The position numbers and the translations under genes are program-made. Of a stretch of DNA of 62,499 nucleotides, positions 1-9,019 are shown piece by piece. The stretch's first letter is position 1; each line of letters begins with the position of its first letter. Origin of the DNA: a virus (Duplodnaviria > Caudoviricetes); the IMG/VR virus record IMGVR_UViG_3300049235_000005, positions 1 to 62,499 of that record; one strand, 5' to 3'. The notes under the pieces were generated by a model that searched no databases, was not told the origin of the DNA, and saw only the letters and a program-made list of their open reading frames with translations.

Positions 1-45
1 CTCGCTGTAGAGCAGGTGGAATACACCCACCTGCTCTACAGCGAG
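1..45. other. Perfect 19-bp fold-back at the contig start (probable library or assembly chimera)
   Basis: 1-19 ctcgctgtagagcaggtgg is the reverse complement of 27-45; bases 1-12 do not match the sequence preceding the repeat at 62362-62373. Confidence 0.75.
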
Positions 46-138
46 AGGTTACGGCAGCAGTTTGAAGCGCGGAGTTTCGCAGGTCGCACGGCCATCGTGC
101 AGTTTGAGCCCGACAAGGTGCGGCTATCATCGCTTAAC
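13..138. repeat. 126-bp terminal direct repeat, left copy (circular assembly overlap)
   Basis: caggtggaatacacccacc...cggctatcatcgcttaac at 13-138 is identical to 62374-62499, and the reading frame is continuous across the join. Confidence 0.97.
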
Positions 139-1263
139 GAGGGCGCAACGACCGCCACCTTCGACACCCGCTACCGCGACTTCGAGTCCGGCCATCGAGT
201 GCTGTTCTACGAGGATGACGATACCTATGAGTACGCCACTCTGGTTGATGTCACCAGCGACAGCATTGAGTGGGGGGAGCCACTCAGCCGTGGCTACACC
301 AACGTCTGGGTGAAACCTGCACGAGTGGCGCGACTGCCGTTGGAGCAGGAACTAGAACTTCAGTCCGACATCTACGCCGACACCTCCACGATCTATGAGT
401 ATCTCTCTGAAGATGAACCACTCAGCCCTCGTCGCATCGTCCCCTACGCGTCCACTCTCACCTACCACGACCGTGAGGTGTTCGATTTGGCCGCGTGGCA
501 GGGCCACGACTACAGCGAGCTGCCCACCGTCACCTTCACTGGTGACAGAAGCGAACTGGACGACGGTACTGGGGTTGTAACCAGCAAGCAGTACCGCTGG
601 GGTAGCGACATGGTCCAGCCCTACAACATGAACCTTGAGGGACGGGAGACAATTGCCCGCTATCTCGGCTGGTTGTACGCACGAGCAGGCCAGTACGCCC
701 CCTTCTGGATGCCGACGTTTCGCAACGATCTGGCGCGGGTGAGTCGTGACGGGAGCGAGCTAACCGTGCGTGGGCATGAATACACCGACTACTACGCAGC
801 AGCGGACACACGGCTGGACCTCGCCTTCGTCTACTTCGACAACACGACGGTGATGCGGCGGATAGTGTCAGCAACAGTGGACGGGGCGGATGACGTGCTC
901 ACCCTTGACGCCGCTGTGCCAACCTTCGCGGCCCTGCGGTGGCTATCGTTTCTCCGCCGCGTGGTGTTGAGCAGCGACGATCTGGAAATCGCTTGGGAGA
1001 CTGATGATGTGGTTCGGGTGGCGTTTGCCGTGACTGACGCCCCACTGGATGCCGAGTTTGGCTCACCGTCTATCAGCCCCTCACCATCAGCGTCAATCTC
1101 AACATCCACTTCCCCGTCAGGTTCCAGCAGCCGCTCACTTTCACCTTCCGCCAGCGGCTCTCCGTCTGCTAGTATCAGTCCGACGATCTCTCCCAGTTCG
1201 TCCACCTCTCACAGCGCGTCACAGTCTCTTAGCCCTAGCCCGTCGGCTAGTCCATCAATATGA
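16..1263 (+). CDS. Minor tail/baseplate protein, C-terminal part, ending in a ~65-aa Ser/Pro tract
   Basis: GWLYARAGQYAPFWMPTF and LSSDDLEIAWETD resemble siphovirus tail-tip proteins; C-terminus SPSISPSPSAS...SPSPSASPSI. Confidence 0.8.
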   Translation: MEYTHLLYSERLRQQFEARSFAGRTAIVQFEPDKVRLSSLNEGATTATFDTRYRDFESGHRVLFYEDDDTYEYATLVDVTSDSIEWGEPLSRGYTNVWVKPARVARLPLEQELELQSDIYADTSTIYEYLSEDEPLSPRRIVPYASTLTYHDREVFDLAAWQGHDYSELPTVTFTGDRSELDDGTGVVTSKQYRWGSDMVQPYNMNLEGRETIARYLGWLYARAGQYAPFWMPTFRNDLARVSRDGSELTVRGHEYTDYYAAADTRLDLAFVYFDNTTVMRRIVSATVDGADDVLTLDAAVPTFAALRWLSFLRRVVLSSDDLEIAWETDDVVRVAFAVTDAPLDAEFGSPSISPSPSASISTSTSPSGSSSRSLSPSASGSPSASISPTISPSSSTSHSASQSLSPSPSASPSI

Positions 1264-1284
1264 TTACTGAAAGGAATCCCCCAA

Positions 1285-3291
1285 ATGGCCCGTATTGGCA
1301 AACGCCTTATTATGCTTGCAGGTGGGGCAGTTGCGGCAACGTCTATCACGATGTTTACGCTGCTCTCCGCCGACGATTTACAAACCAGAATTAACAACGC
1401 GCCCTGTGGCAGTGTGATTGAGCTTGAGGCAGGGGCCACGGTCACGGCCAACCTGAAACTGCCCAACAAAAGCTGTACCGACTACATCACCATCCAGTCG
1501 TCGCGTGCGAGTGAGCTGCCCGTGGGCCAGCGTGTCAACCCGGCCACACAGGCCCACCTGCTCGCCAAGATTCAGGGGGGTGTTGCCGCTGAGCCTGTCA
1601 TCCAGACTGCGTTAGCTGCCCATCACTACAAGTTTATCGGCGTGGAGATTTCCACAGTGAGTGCCGACACCCCCATCTACGACCTTGTGCGGTTTGGCGA
1701 CGGACGGGAGACGCAGCGGACGTTGGCCGACGTGGCCCATCATCTAGTCATCGACCGTAGCTGGGTCCACGGCTGGTCCACGCAGGATCTGCAAGGTGGC
1801 GTGACCATGAACTGCGCCGACTGCTGGTTGATAAACTCCTTTGTGACTGACATTCACTGGGAAGGAATTGAGGCGCAGGCGGTACGGGGATGGAACGGCA
1901 CGAATGGCGCGCACATCGTCAATAACCGTCTCGAAGGAGCGGCACAGAACATTCTTATCGGTGGGGCGGATTCAGCAACCGCCGAGTTAATGCCGAGAGA
2001 CATTGAGATTCGCGGCAACCACTTGTTCAAGCCGCTCTCGTGGAAAGTGGGCCATGCCACATACGCAGGCCACCACTGGACAGTAAAGAACCTGCTGGAG
2101 TTGAAGTCGGCGGTGAACGTCATCATCGACGGAAACGTCATGGAGCATAACTGGACTGACGGGCAGGACGGCAAGGCGATACTGTTCACGGTACGCAATC
2201 AGGAGTGCTCCGCGCCGTGGTCCACGATCCAAAACGTCACGTTCACTAACAATTCAGTTATCGACGCGGAGGGTGGGTTGAACCTGCTCGGCAGAGACAA
2301 CGAAGCGACCGTCGAGTATGTCACCGCGCATCCCGACAAATGCAACCTCAACACGGCCAAGCTGGGTTCAGTGCGTGGGTCGAACCTCACCATCAGCAAC
2401 AACCTGTTCCACGACATCAACGGCAACTTCCTGACGATGAGCGGGTTTGACAACGTGGACATCAACCACAACACGCACGTGCAGCAGGGTAACTTGATGA
2501 CGCTGTACGGGGAGGTGTCGAGCGGGTTTCGCTACACCGACAACCTGACCATTGACCATGACTTTGGGATCGTTGGCGACGGCGTGGGTGGTGGGATGAC
2601 GGGGTTGAACAAGCTGACGCCGAGTTGGGTAGTCAGCGGGAACCTGATTGCAGCCCCGTACGACAACGGCACCAACTACCCGCCGGACAACCTCTACCCT
2701 AAGGCAATTACGATCACACCCGACTGGCGCAGTCCAGTGGCTGGAGTCGGCGCAGGCATCGACCAGCTACTGGCCGCACAGGCAGGAGTAGTCGTCGCTC
2801 AACCTTCGCCATCACCTAGCCCCTCTGCAACTGCCACGGTTACAGTGAGTCCGAGCCCAACGGCGACAGCGACACCTATCGCTACGCCGACGGCGACGCC
2901 TCTGGCGACCTCTCCTGACAATACGCGCGTACCGCCCGCCACTCAACTTGTCGATTCGACCTTCGGCATCTGGACGCTCGTCAACGGCATCATGTCGCGC
3001 AACAGTATCGACTCCGGTGGCCGAGGATCACTCATCCTGTGGTTCAGCGGGCAGGTTTACGCGATTGGTACAGACGGGAACTGGTGGAGGTATGTGAGCG
3101 GGGTGGAGTGGACGCGCGTGGCAGGTGATCCGGCTGTACAAGTGACGCCGACGCCAACACCGACGCCGACAGTGAGCCCGACACCATCACCATCCCCTTC
3201 ACCTGTCACCTTCTGTCGATCTGGGACGCGCCCAGCGGGCGGGTGTGTGTGTAGGAACGGATTTCTTGGTAATAGTGGCAAATGCCGCTAA
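1285..3291 (+). CDS. Secreted or membrane-anchored right-handed beta-helix (pectin-lyase-like) polysaccharide-active protein with Pro/Thr/Ser linkers and a Cys-rich C-terminus
   Basis: Basic then hydrophobic N-terminus; Asn-ladder repeats (IVNNRLEG, IEIRGNHL, IIDGNVME, VTFTNN, ISNNLF); SPSPSPSATAT and TPTPTPTP linkers; CVCRNGFLGNSGKC. Confidence 0.75.
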   Translation: MARIGKRLIMLAGGAVAATSITMFTLLSADDLQTRINNAPCGSVIELEAGATVTANLKLPNKSCTDYITIQSSRASELPVGQRVNPATQAHLLAKIQGGVAAEPVIQTALAAHHYKFIGVEISTVSADTPIYDLVRFGDGRETQRTLADVAHHLVIDRSWVHGWSTQDLQGGVTMNCADCWLINSFVTDIHWEGIEAQAVRGWNGTNGAHIVNNRLEGAAQNILIGGADSATAELMPRDIEIRGNHLFKPLSWKVGHATYAGHHWTVKNLLELKSAVNVIIDGNVMEHNWTDGQDGKAILFTVRNQECSAPWSTIQNVTFTNNSVIDAEGGLNLLGRDNEATVEYVTAHPDKCNLNTAKLGSVRGSNLTISNNLFHDINGNFLTMSGFDNVDINHNTHVQQGNLMTLYGEVSSGFRYTDNLTIDHDFGIVGDGVGGGMTGLNKLTPSWVVSGNLIAAPYDNGTNYPPDNLYPKAITITPDWRSPVAGVGAGIDQLLAAQAGVVVAQPSPSPSPSATATVTVSPSPTATATPIATPTATPLATSPDNTRVPPATQLVDSTFGIWTLVNGIMSRNSIDSGGRGSLILWFSGQVYAIGTDGNWWRYVSGVEWTRVAGDPAVQVTPTPTPTPTVSPTPSPSPSPVTFCRSGTRPAGGCVCRNGFLGNSGKCR

Positions 3292-3363
3292 CTGCACGCT
3301 ACCGTACTAACGGCATGCAACTTTTTCGCCACAGGTTCGACAAACGGTGGTAACATCCTGTCG

Positions 3364-3633
3364 ATGCGACTACGACTTGAGCCAGCGAGGATACTTGGCC
3401 TGATCGGTGCAGGGCTGGCGCTCGCACTCGGCTTTGGCCTGCAAATCAGCGGGCAGCAGGTGAATCACATTATGGTGTTCTCGGCTGCGGCCATCGCGCT
3501 ATTTGTCGGTGAGACTACCCGCACGCAGGTCGTACCCACCGTGGTGGCCGACAAGCAGATCGAAGTAGCAAAGGCGTCGTCAATCGACCGCCCGACCAGT
3601 GAGATTATCCAGCAAGCGAAGGAGACTGTCTAA
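3364..3633 (+). CDS. Putative holin (2 TM helices)
   Basis: EPARILGLIGAGLALALGFG...IMVFSAAAIALFV..TRTQVVP holin-like pattern; located after the tail genes. Confidence 0.6.
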   Translation: MRLRLEPARILGLIGAGLALALGFGLQISGQQVNHIMVFSAAAIALFVGETTRTQVVPTVVADKQIEVAKASSIDRPTSEIIQQAKETV

Positions 3634-3876
3634 ATGGCGTCCGTAAACCCTCTTTATCAAATCCTCGTACCAGTGGGAATGCTTTCCATCGGCCAGTACC
3701 TACAGGGCCGTGACACTAATCGGACAGGTGCGGATGACGCGGTGGGTCAGATCCTCGTCGCCGCCGCCCCCGCTGTCACGGCAGCGCTGGACGGAACGCA
3801 GGGAGGTCCGGCAGTAAAGCGTGCTATTACGTCCATTCGAGACGCGGCGCAGTCGTACCTCGACTCCAATCCGTAA
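3634..3876 (+). CDS. Hypothetical protein, lysis region
   Basis: Abuts the previous stop; 80 aa. Confidence 0.6.
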   Translation: MASVNPLYQILVPVGMLSIGQYLQGRDTNRTGADDAVGQILVAAAPAVTAALDGTQGGPAVKRAITSIRDAAQSYLDSNP

Positions 3877-3893
3877 AGAGGGGAGAGTTCGCC

Positions 3894-4286
3894 ATGAGCG
3901 ATCTGGTTACAATCGACCCTAAACAGTTACAGGAACTGAGCGTACTACTGACCGCGATTAACGCCACAATGGCCCACGTCGAACGTACCCTGCACGACGG
4001 ACTTGAGCTACAGGCTCTGACAGCAATTAACAATCTTGATAGAAAGGTGAGTGAGTTTATGTCAACACAAGAAAGCAGACTACAGGGCGTTCAGTCGGCC
4101 CTGACCAGCATTGCAGAAGGAATCAACACGCTGCAACAGCAAGTGACCGATCTTAAGGCCAACAACCCCGCACTGGAAGATGAAATCTCCGGTATCGAAG
4201 GAACGGTGAAGGCGATTGCCGATGATATCAACGGCGTCGTGCCTGATAGCGGTGGTGGCGAGCCCGTCATCGAGGAGCCTGCCTAG
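3894..4286 (+). CDS. Coiled-coil protein (possible internal start at MSTQES)
   Basis: GAGGGGAG RBS; heptad-like Leu/Ile pattern. Confidence 0.65.
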   Translation: MSDLVTIDPKQLQELSVLLTAINATMAHVERTLHDGLELQALTAINNLDRKVSEFMSTQESRLQGVQSALTSIAEGINTLQQQVTDLKANNPALEDEISGIEGTVKAIADDINGVVPDSGGGEPVIEEPA

Positions 4287-4678
4287 TGCTCGCTCTCACT
4301 CTCGCGCTACTCCTGCAAACGCAGACAGTAGCCATCACCCCCGACCCGGGTAAACCCGCCATCGTCATCGAGCGCGTGGAAGCAGAGGCGCTATTCGTCA
4401 AACTGTGCCGGGATCGCAGTGACGACGGCCTGCTGCGCGCGCTCGCCGCCGGACTGAACCCCATGCCCGACTGGGTGCAGTTGGTGATGAATGGCGAGCG
4501 GACGGTGTGTAATCGTGAGCCTAGACCGACTGTACCAGTCCCTTTAACGACTTTCGCAGCGCTTAACCAGCCGGGTAGTCTCGATGGTATTTCGATGAAC
4601 TCCAACGCAACGGCAGGCGGGCGCTGCGATACTTTTAACCAACGGCAACACCCGATCCCCCAACCCGATGAGCGATGA
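4286..4678 (+). CDS. Hypothetical protein with N-terminal hydrophobic signal
   Basis: MLALTLALLLQ start; overlaps both neighbours. Confidence 0.5.
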   Translation: MLALTLALLLQTQTVAITPDPGKPAIVIERVEAEALFVKLCRDRSDDGLLRALAAGLNPMPDWVQLVMNGERTVCNREPRPTVPVPLTTFAALNQPGSLDGISMNSNATAGGRCDTFNQRQHPIPQPDER

Positions 4679-5015
4679 GACGGAACTTGTCAAACTTGTT
4701 ACACAAGGACTAGCTGGAATACATGAGCAGCTACGCGAGCGTGACACGCGCGTCTCAGCGCTATCAGACAAGATCATCGGCATGGAGTATCGACTGGACG
4801 AGTACAACCGCACGCTAAATCGCATGGGAGACGAAATCTCTAAGGCGGAAACCGTCAAGCTGCAAATGCGGGTAGGCCTACTGGAAACAGCCGCCGATGA
4901 GTCAAAAAAGAAACAAGCAGAGAACGTCAAGTGGATTAAAGGGCTCATCGCCAGTGTTATCATGCTGCTACTCGGCGTTCTCTTTAACTTTATCCGTATC
5001 GGACTAAGGCCATGA
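4668..5015 (+). CDS. Coiled-coil protein with C-terminal TM helix (XhlA/holin-like architecture)
   Basis: Coiled coil followed by WIKGLIASVIMLLLGVLFNFI. Confidence 0.7.
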   Translation: MSDETELVKLVTQGLAGIHEQLRERDTRVSALSDKIIGMEYRLDEYNRTLNRMGDEISKAETVKLQMRVGLLETAADESKKKQAENVKWIKGLIASVIMLLLGVLFNFIRIGLRP

Positions 5016-5446
5016 GCAACGAACTTGACGACTTGGTGAAAGTGGTCCATGAAATTGATCCTGCCGTGCTGAGCGAGAAAGACATTACGGAGATCAAGAT
5101 GTGGGGCGCTGACAAGGTCGGGTTTGTGCTGGTGGACGTGGAGACGCAGAAGATTGTTTATGCTACTCCTGGCGCGGAGGGGATATTTGGCTATGTAACA
5201 GAGGAGATGCGCGGGCTGGACCTAGTCGCGCTGGTGCCCGAGGGGTTACGCGGTGCCCACGCTAAACACGTCGAGGGGTTCAGCAAGGCTATGGTTACAA
5301 GATCGATGGGCAAGCGTGATGGTGTGCTACAAGGCCGGGAACGTGACGGGCGCACTTTTCCGGTTGAAATCGGCCTCTTTCCGCGTAGTTTTCACGGGCG
5401 TAAGCTATGTCTTGCTAACGTCGTTAGGTTAAGCAAGGAAGCCTAA
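5012..5446 (+). CDS. Stand-alone PAS domain protein (FixL/DosP heme-PAS-like)
   Basis: IVYATPGAEGIFGYVTEEMRGLDLVALVPEGLRGAH...GRERDGRTFPVEIGL; ATGA-coupled to the upstream gene. Confidence 0.88.
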   Translation: MSNELDDLVKVVHEIDPAVLSEKDITEIKMWGADKVGFVLVDVETQKIVYATPGAEGIFGYVTEEMRGLDLVALVPEGLRGAHAKHVEGFSKAMVTRSMGKRDGVLQGRERDGRTFPVEIGLFPRSFHGRKLCLANVVRLSKEA

Positions 5447-5469
5447 GTGTACGAACTCGTACAAAAAAG

Positions 5470-5498
5470 TTGACGAATCACCAAACTTCAGGTAAGTT
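5470..5498 (+). promoter_or_regulatory. Sigma70-type promoter
   Basis: TTGACG-17 bp-TAAGTT, just after a TGTACGA/TCGTACA hairpin. Confidence 0.5.
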
Positions 5499-5501
5499 CA
5501 A

Positions 5502-5594
5502 AGCTGACGCGCAGATCAAACGGGATTACAGGTTTTGCTCCATCCCCCAACAGAGAATTCCCGCATCTGGGCCGTTCCCCTCCACGCGCCAGCT
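5502..5594 (+). ncRNA. Candidate structured RNA or 5' leader
   Basis: Nested stems AGCTGACGCG/CGCGCCAGCT, CAGAT/ATCTG and CGGGA/TCCCG starting just downstream of the promoter. Confidence 0.3.
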
Positions 5595-5813
5595 ACTCGC
5601 TTTGCTGACGTTCAGCGTACACAAGTCTTAGCCTATTCCCCCGGCAACGCAAGTACAACGGCGTACACAACACAGTAATGTGAGCTTTATGTGACCCGCG
5701 CGACACCAACAAGGGGAAATGACGACAAATGACAAGGTGGTTAAGTGATAATATCCCCCCGATCTCGAATGCGTTCCGCGAGGCATGACCTCGACTGGAG
5801 AAAGGCTCTACAA

Positions 5814-5978
5814 ATGACCGACACCACCAAACAGCCAAACCTGAACAAGCCCGAGAATCCACCGGAGCCACCGGGGCGCGACAAGCCAACCCCGACAGGC
5901 GTGGTCGATGCACCGGGCCGACAAGATCCACCGCCACCGCCACCTGAGCCCGATCCCGCACCCGGCGGGGGCGATTAA
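5814..5978 (+). CDS. Small Pro-rich peptide
   Basis: GGAG-containing RBS; PPPPPEPDPAPGGGD; stop overlaps the next start. Confidence 0.5.
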   Translation: MTDTTKQPNLNKPENPPEPPGRDKPTPTGVVDAPGRQDPPPPPPEPDPAPGGGD

Positions 5979-6481
5979 TGCGAGCTGAACGTCAGGTTAA
6001 CGTGCCCAAGAAGATCTGGAAGGTCAGTGTCTGGAAGTCAGAGCTAGACCCTGAAGCCCGCTGGTGGCAAAAACTTTTCCACGGATACATTTACCTGCCG
6101 TTTCAGGACTTCTCGTTTGGCGTGATGAAGATCCCGACCACGAAGGAAGTGTCTGTTGAGTCGGACGCGAATGGAAACATCCGGCGCACCTACCACTGGT
6201 TTGAGGACGTGGGCACGTTTGACACCGTGGAAGAAGCGGACGCCAATTGCCTGACTGAGAGGTACGGCTACACGTGTTACACGCACGGGCAACTCATGCC
6301 CTTTCGCTCTGCGCAGACATCAGGTATCGGTACGGTGTTCCCCCGCCGCAAAGACGGCCAGCGCTGGGCCAAGCCGCGACTACTTGCGGTCATCAAAGAC
6401 CGAAAAGAAGATGAAGAGGAGCATCTTGTATTAGCTGAATGTCTAAACCAGATAAATCGAACACTGGAACCACGGCGATGA
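5978..6481 (+). CDS. Hypothetical protein
   Basis: 167-aa ORF coupled to the upstream ORF. Confidence 0.7.
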   Translation: MRAERQVNVPKKIWKVSVWKSELDPEARWWQKLFHGYIYLPFQDFSFGVMKIPTTKEVSVESDANGNIRRTYHWFEDVGTFDTVEEADANCLTERYGYTCYTHGQLMPFRSAQTSGIGTVFPRRKDGQRWAKPRLLAVIKDRKEDEEEHLVLAECLNQINRTLEPRR

Positions 6482-6491
6482 TCCCCCGACC

Positions 6492-6917
6492 ATGCTGCAA
6501 GAATCCCCCGTCATTCCTCACAACTTGGCACAAGTCCTGTGGTTTGCGCTTGCAAGCTCTCTTGGATGGGCCGGGGCTGAGTTTCGTAGCTGGATGGCCC
6601 GGCGCAAACGCGAACCTGTTGAACTAGCAAAGATCTCCGCTGAAACCCGCCAGATAACCATCAGTACAGACGTATCATTAATTCAGGCTGCGACTGAGGC
6701 GCTTAGTAAGGCTTGTCGCGTGCAGGATGAGCGCGAGCACTGGGAGCGTAAGGCGGCGGCGTTGCAGTTACAGGTGGATCAGTCGGTGACACAGGAGCGC
6801 ATGGACAACTTGCAGATTCGGCAACTAAAGGGCGCGATTGACGTGCTGACTTCGATTCTGGATGAGCAGAAGATTGACTACCCGAGGTGGGATTACGTCA
6901 ACCGTGTAAAGCCGTAG
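6492..6917 (+). CDS. Membrane protein with N-terminal TM and coiled coil (spanin/holin-like architecture)
   Basis: VLWFALASSLGWAG hydrophobic segment followed by a coiled coil. Confidence 0.6.
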   Translation: MLQESPVIPHNLAQVLWFALASSLGWAGAEFRSWMARRKREPVELAKISAETRQITISTDVSLIQAATEALSKACRVQDEREHWERKAAALQLQVDQSVTQERMDNLQIRQLKGAIDVLTSILDEQKIDYPRWDYVNRVKP

Positions 6918-6920
6918 ACA

Positions 6921-6960
6921 GCAAAAGAGACGCCCCGAGACTCCTTCATCGGGAGCGCCC
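6921..6960 (-). terminator. Intrinsic terminator between convergent arms
   Basis: Minus strand GGGCGCTCCCGA-loop-TCGGGGCGTC followed by TCTTTT. Confidence 0.55.
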
Positions 6961-7000
6961 CTCCTGCTCTCTTCTCAGCCCTCCTTTCTAGCTTAGTTTC

Positions 7001-7498
7001 TCAAATGCCTCCACGCCTGAAATCTGCCCATAGTCGCAACGCTGTCGTCAATGGCATCCTAAGTGCGAGTAGATCATCCTTCTTCGTACGGCCCGCAACC
7101 TCAAACCCAGCCAATAGGTAACACCGGCCAAAATCCGGCTTCTCTCGCACTTTGTCCTCGTCAACAAACGTCACCATGCCAAGATGCGGCAGCGGATCAA
7201 CGGCCCATGACGGTCTGTCGAAGTGATACTGCACTGTCATCGCTACAGCAGCTTTAATCAACTCCGATGCCAGCGGGCCACGCTCGCGCCGGAACGCTGA
7301 ACAAACCCACGCACCTGCCCACTCGTGCTTGACGTAACGGGCAAAAGGAAACGATGTTACCCAATAGCAACCCTTACGTTTAAGCACCATGCAGCGACCG
7401 GGTGGCACAAACTGCGGAGTACCGGGTTTTTGGCGGCTGTAGTGGCGGTCAGCGATCTCTCGCGCTTCGGGGTCAGCTCGGTGTGATAGTTGCCACAT
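7001..7498 (-). CDS. Mom-like GNAT-fold protein (possible DNA base modification)
   Basis: ADRHYSRQ...WVCSAFRRE..LASELI...GMVTFVD..KV....GRCYLLAGF...GRT matches the Mom-type GNAT layout. Confidence 0.5.
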   Translation of the reverse strand: MWQLSHRADPEAREIADRHYSRQKPGTPQFVPPGRCMVLKRKGCYWVTSFPFARYVKHEWAGAWVCSAFRRERGPLASELIKAAVAMTVQYHFDRPSWAVDPLPHLGMVTFVDEDKVREKPDFGRCYLLAGFEVAGRTKKDDLLALRMPLTTALRLWADFRRGGI

Positions 7499-7528
7499 TG
7501 GGGGATTACACGATTGATCCTTTCTGCT

Positions 7529-8566
7529 TTATAGATCCTCCAGATTTAGATACCACGCGATGATGAAGCTGACGCATTTCTGTCGTCCGCCTTCATTCTT
7601 ACGGAGGATTTGCCCGATAACCAGCGGATCACCTACCGCTGCGCTTGGTTGTCGCCTGCGGGGCTGTGGTCGTATTACCCGCCCCTTGGCCGCCTTCTGA
7701 ACAGGGAGGCAAGCACCGATTTGGTCGAACACTTTCTCCTCCATCGCCTTAGCCACGGCGCGCATGATTGGTGAACGGGCAGTAGTTGACGGGAAGGTAA
7801 TCGGGCCGACAGGCTTTCCCGAGCGCGTTACATTCGTGTACCATCGTGGTTCACCGCGTTCCTGCGCATTGGGTGCCTTGTTTTCCCATTGATTCCAAAA
7901 CGTTTGCGGTTCAGGATTGCGATACTCCCCGGCACCCGCAGGGGCGCAGTCCGCTTGCGCGGCACGGCCCTGTTGGGTATCGGACGAATGGGGCGAGTTG
8001 ATGTAGGTTTGACTCTCTCGTTTCTCCAATGCGCCCTGCCGCACCGCAAACACTTCCACCGGAAACTCCGGGATGATTGTATGCCCTGCCTCCACGGCCA
8101 TGAGGATCTTGTTGTAGTAAGTCTCATCATCAACCAGCCGGTTGCGCGCAGAGGTTAACGCCCCTGTGGCCCAGCCGTTACGTCGCGCTTCACTCAGCGC
8201 TTTGTTCGCTTCCACGATCTCACGTTCAATAACAGTTAGCTTCTGTTCTAGGTGGGTTTTCAAGTCGCCCTGCGCGGCATGCATCTCCAGCGGGTTAACC
8301 GCCGTTAGATGTGTTTCAGGCACGCCGGGAGCGTCATCGTGGATGATCTCACCTTCGATAACGGCGGGCTCAAGTTCATCCGTTGTCACGCCACTGGTTA
8401 GCTGCTTTGGTGGTGGGAACTGCTCGGCAATTGCCGCCGCTCGCTCGGCCTTGCGCGCCTCTCGCCAGTTGCGGCCATAGCAACCGGAGCAGAGATCTTT
8501 GGCGAACACGTCGCGTTCGTTGCATTGTTTACATTTAGGCTTACTCATTTGCATTCTCCGTCTCAT
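7529..8566 (-). CDS. Hypothetical protein with N-terminal Zn finger and coiled coil
   Basis: CKQC...LCSGC at the N-terminus. Confidence 0.7.
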   Translation of the reverse strand: MRRRMQMSKPKCKQCNERDVFAKDLCSGCYGRNWREARKAERAAAIAEQFPPPKQLTSGVTTDELEPAVIEGEIIHDDAPGVPETHLTAVNPLEMHAAQGDLKTHLEQKLTVIEREIVEANKALSEARRNGWATGALTSARNRLVDDETYYNKILMAVEAGHTIIPEFPVEVFAVRQGALEKRESQTYINSPHSSDTQQGRAAQADCAPAGAGEYRNPEPQTFWNQWENKAPNAQERGEPRWYTNVTRSGKPVGPITFPSTTARSPIMRAVAKAMEEKVFDQIGACLPVQKAAKGRVIRPQPRRRQPSAAVGDPLVIGQILRKNEGGRQKCVSFIIAWYLNLEDL

Positions 8567-8793
8567 TCAACTGCCCCGCCCTTGCATCCGGCTTGCATCA
8601 CGTCGAGGGTCCTGTTCGGCGTGGGCGGTGGAGGCTGGCCGATGGACCAGCGGGCGGGGCAGAGGTCGTTGTAGTCGTCACCGTCACCGTCATCATCCCC
8701 GTCCCCGTACACGTATCCCGTATGCCACTTCGTCCCGTTGGCGAAGGTAAGGGTGTAGTTGTGGAGGGTGGGGTAGATGGGATTACGGATCAT
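8563..8793 (-). CDS. Small GDG-repeat phage protein
   Basis: GYVYGDGDDDGDGDDY; coupled stops and starts. Confidence 0.5.
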   Translation of the reverse strand: MIRNPIYPTLHNYTLTFANGTKWHTGYVYGDGDDDGDGDDYNDLCPARWSIGQPPPPTPNRTLDVMQAGCKGGAVE

Positions 8794-9017
8794 CGCAACC
8801 GATCTCCACTTGCGGCATCGGCGACATCGGCTACCACCGCTGCCTTACTGGCACGAAACTCGATTATAAACCGCCCGTTGCTACGCTGTCGCACGTCTTC
8901 CACTATCGACTTGTGGTGCTCCTTAAACGTAGTGTTCAGTAGATTGTTGTTTAAGTAGAACTGCACGATGGCGCGCATCTCGTCAGGATGGATGTCCATG
9001 ATAGTTAGTCCGATCAC
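8790..9017 (-). CDS. Hypothetical protein
   Basis: GGGAGG RBS; coupled. Confidence 0.55.
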   Translation of the reverse strand: MIGLTIMDIHPDEMRAIVQFYLNNNLLNTTFKEHHKSIVEDVRQRSNGRFIIEFRASKAAVVADVADAASGDRLR

Positions 9018-9019
9018 CT

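Noticed and set aside
1-45. Covalently closed hairpin telomere (N15-like)
   Set aside because: It lies inside a tail gene that is intact at the other end, and no protelomerase was seen
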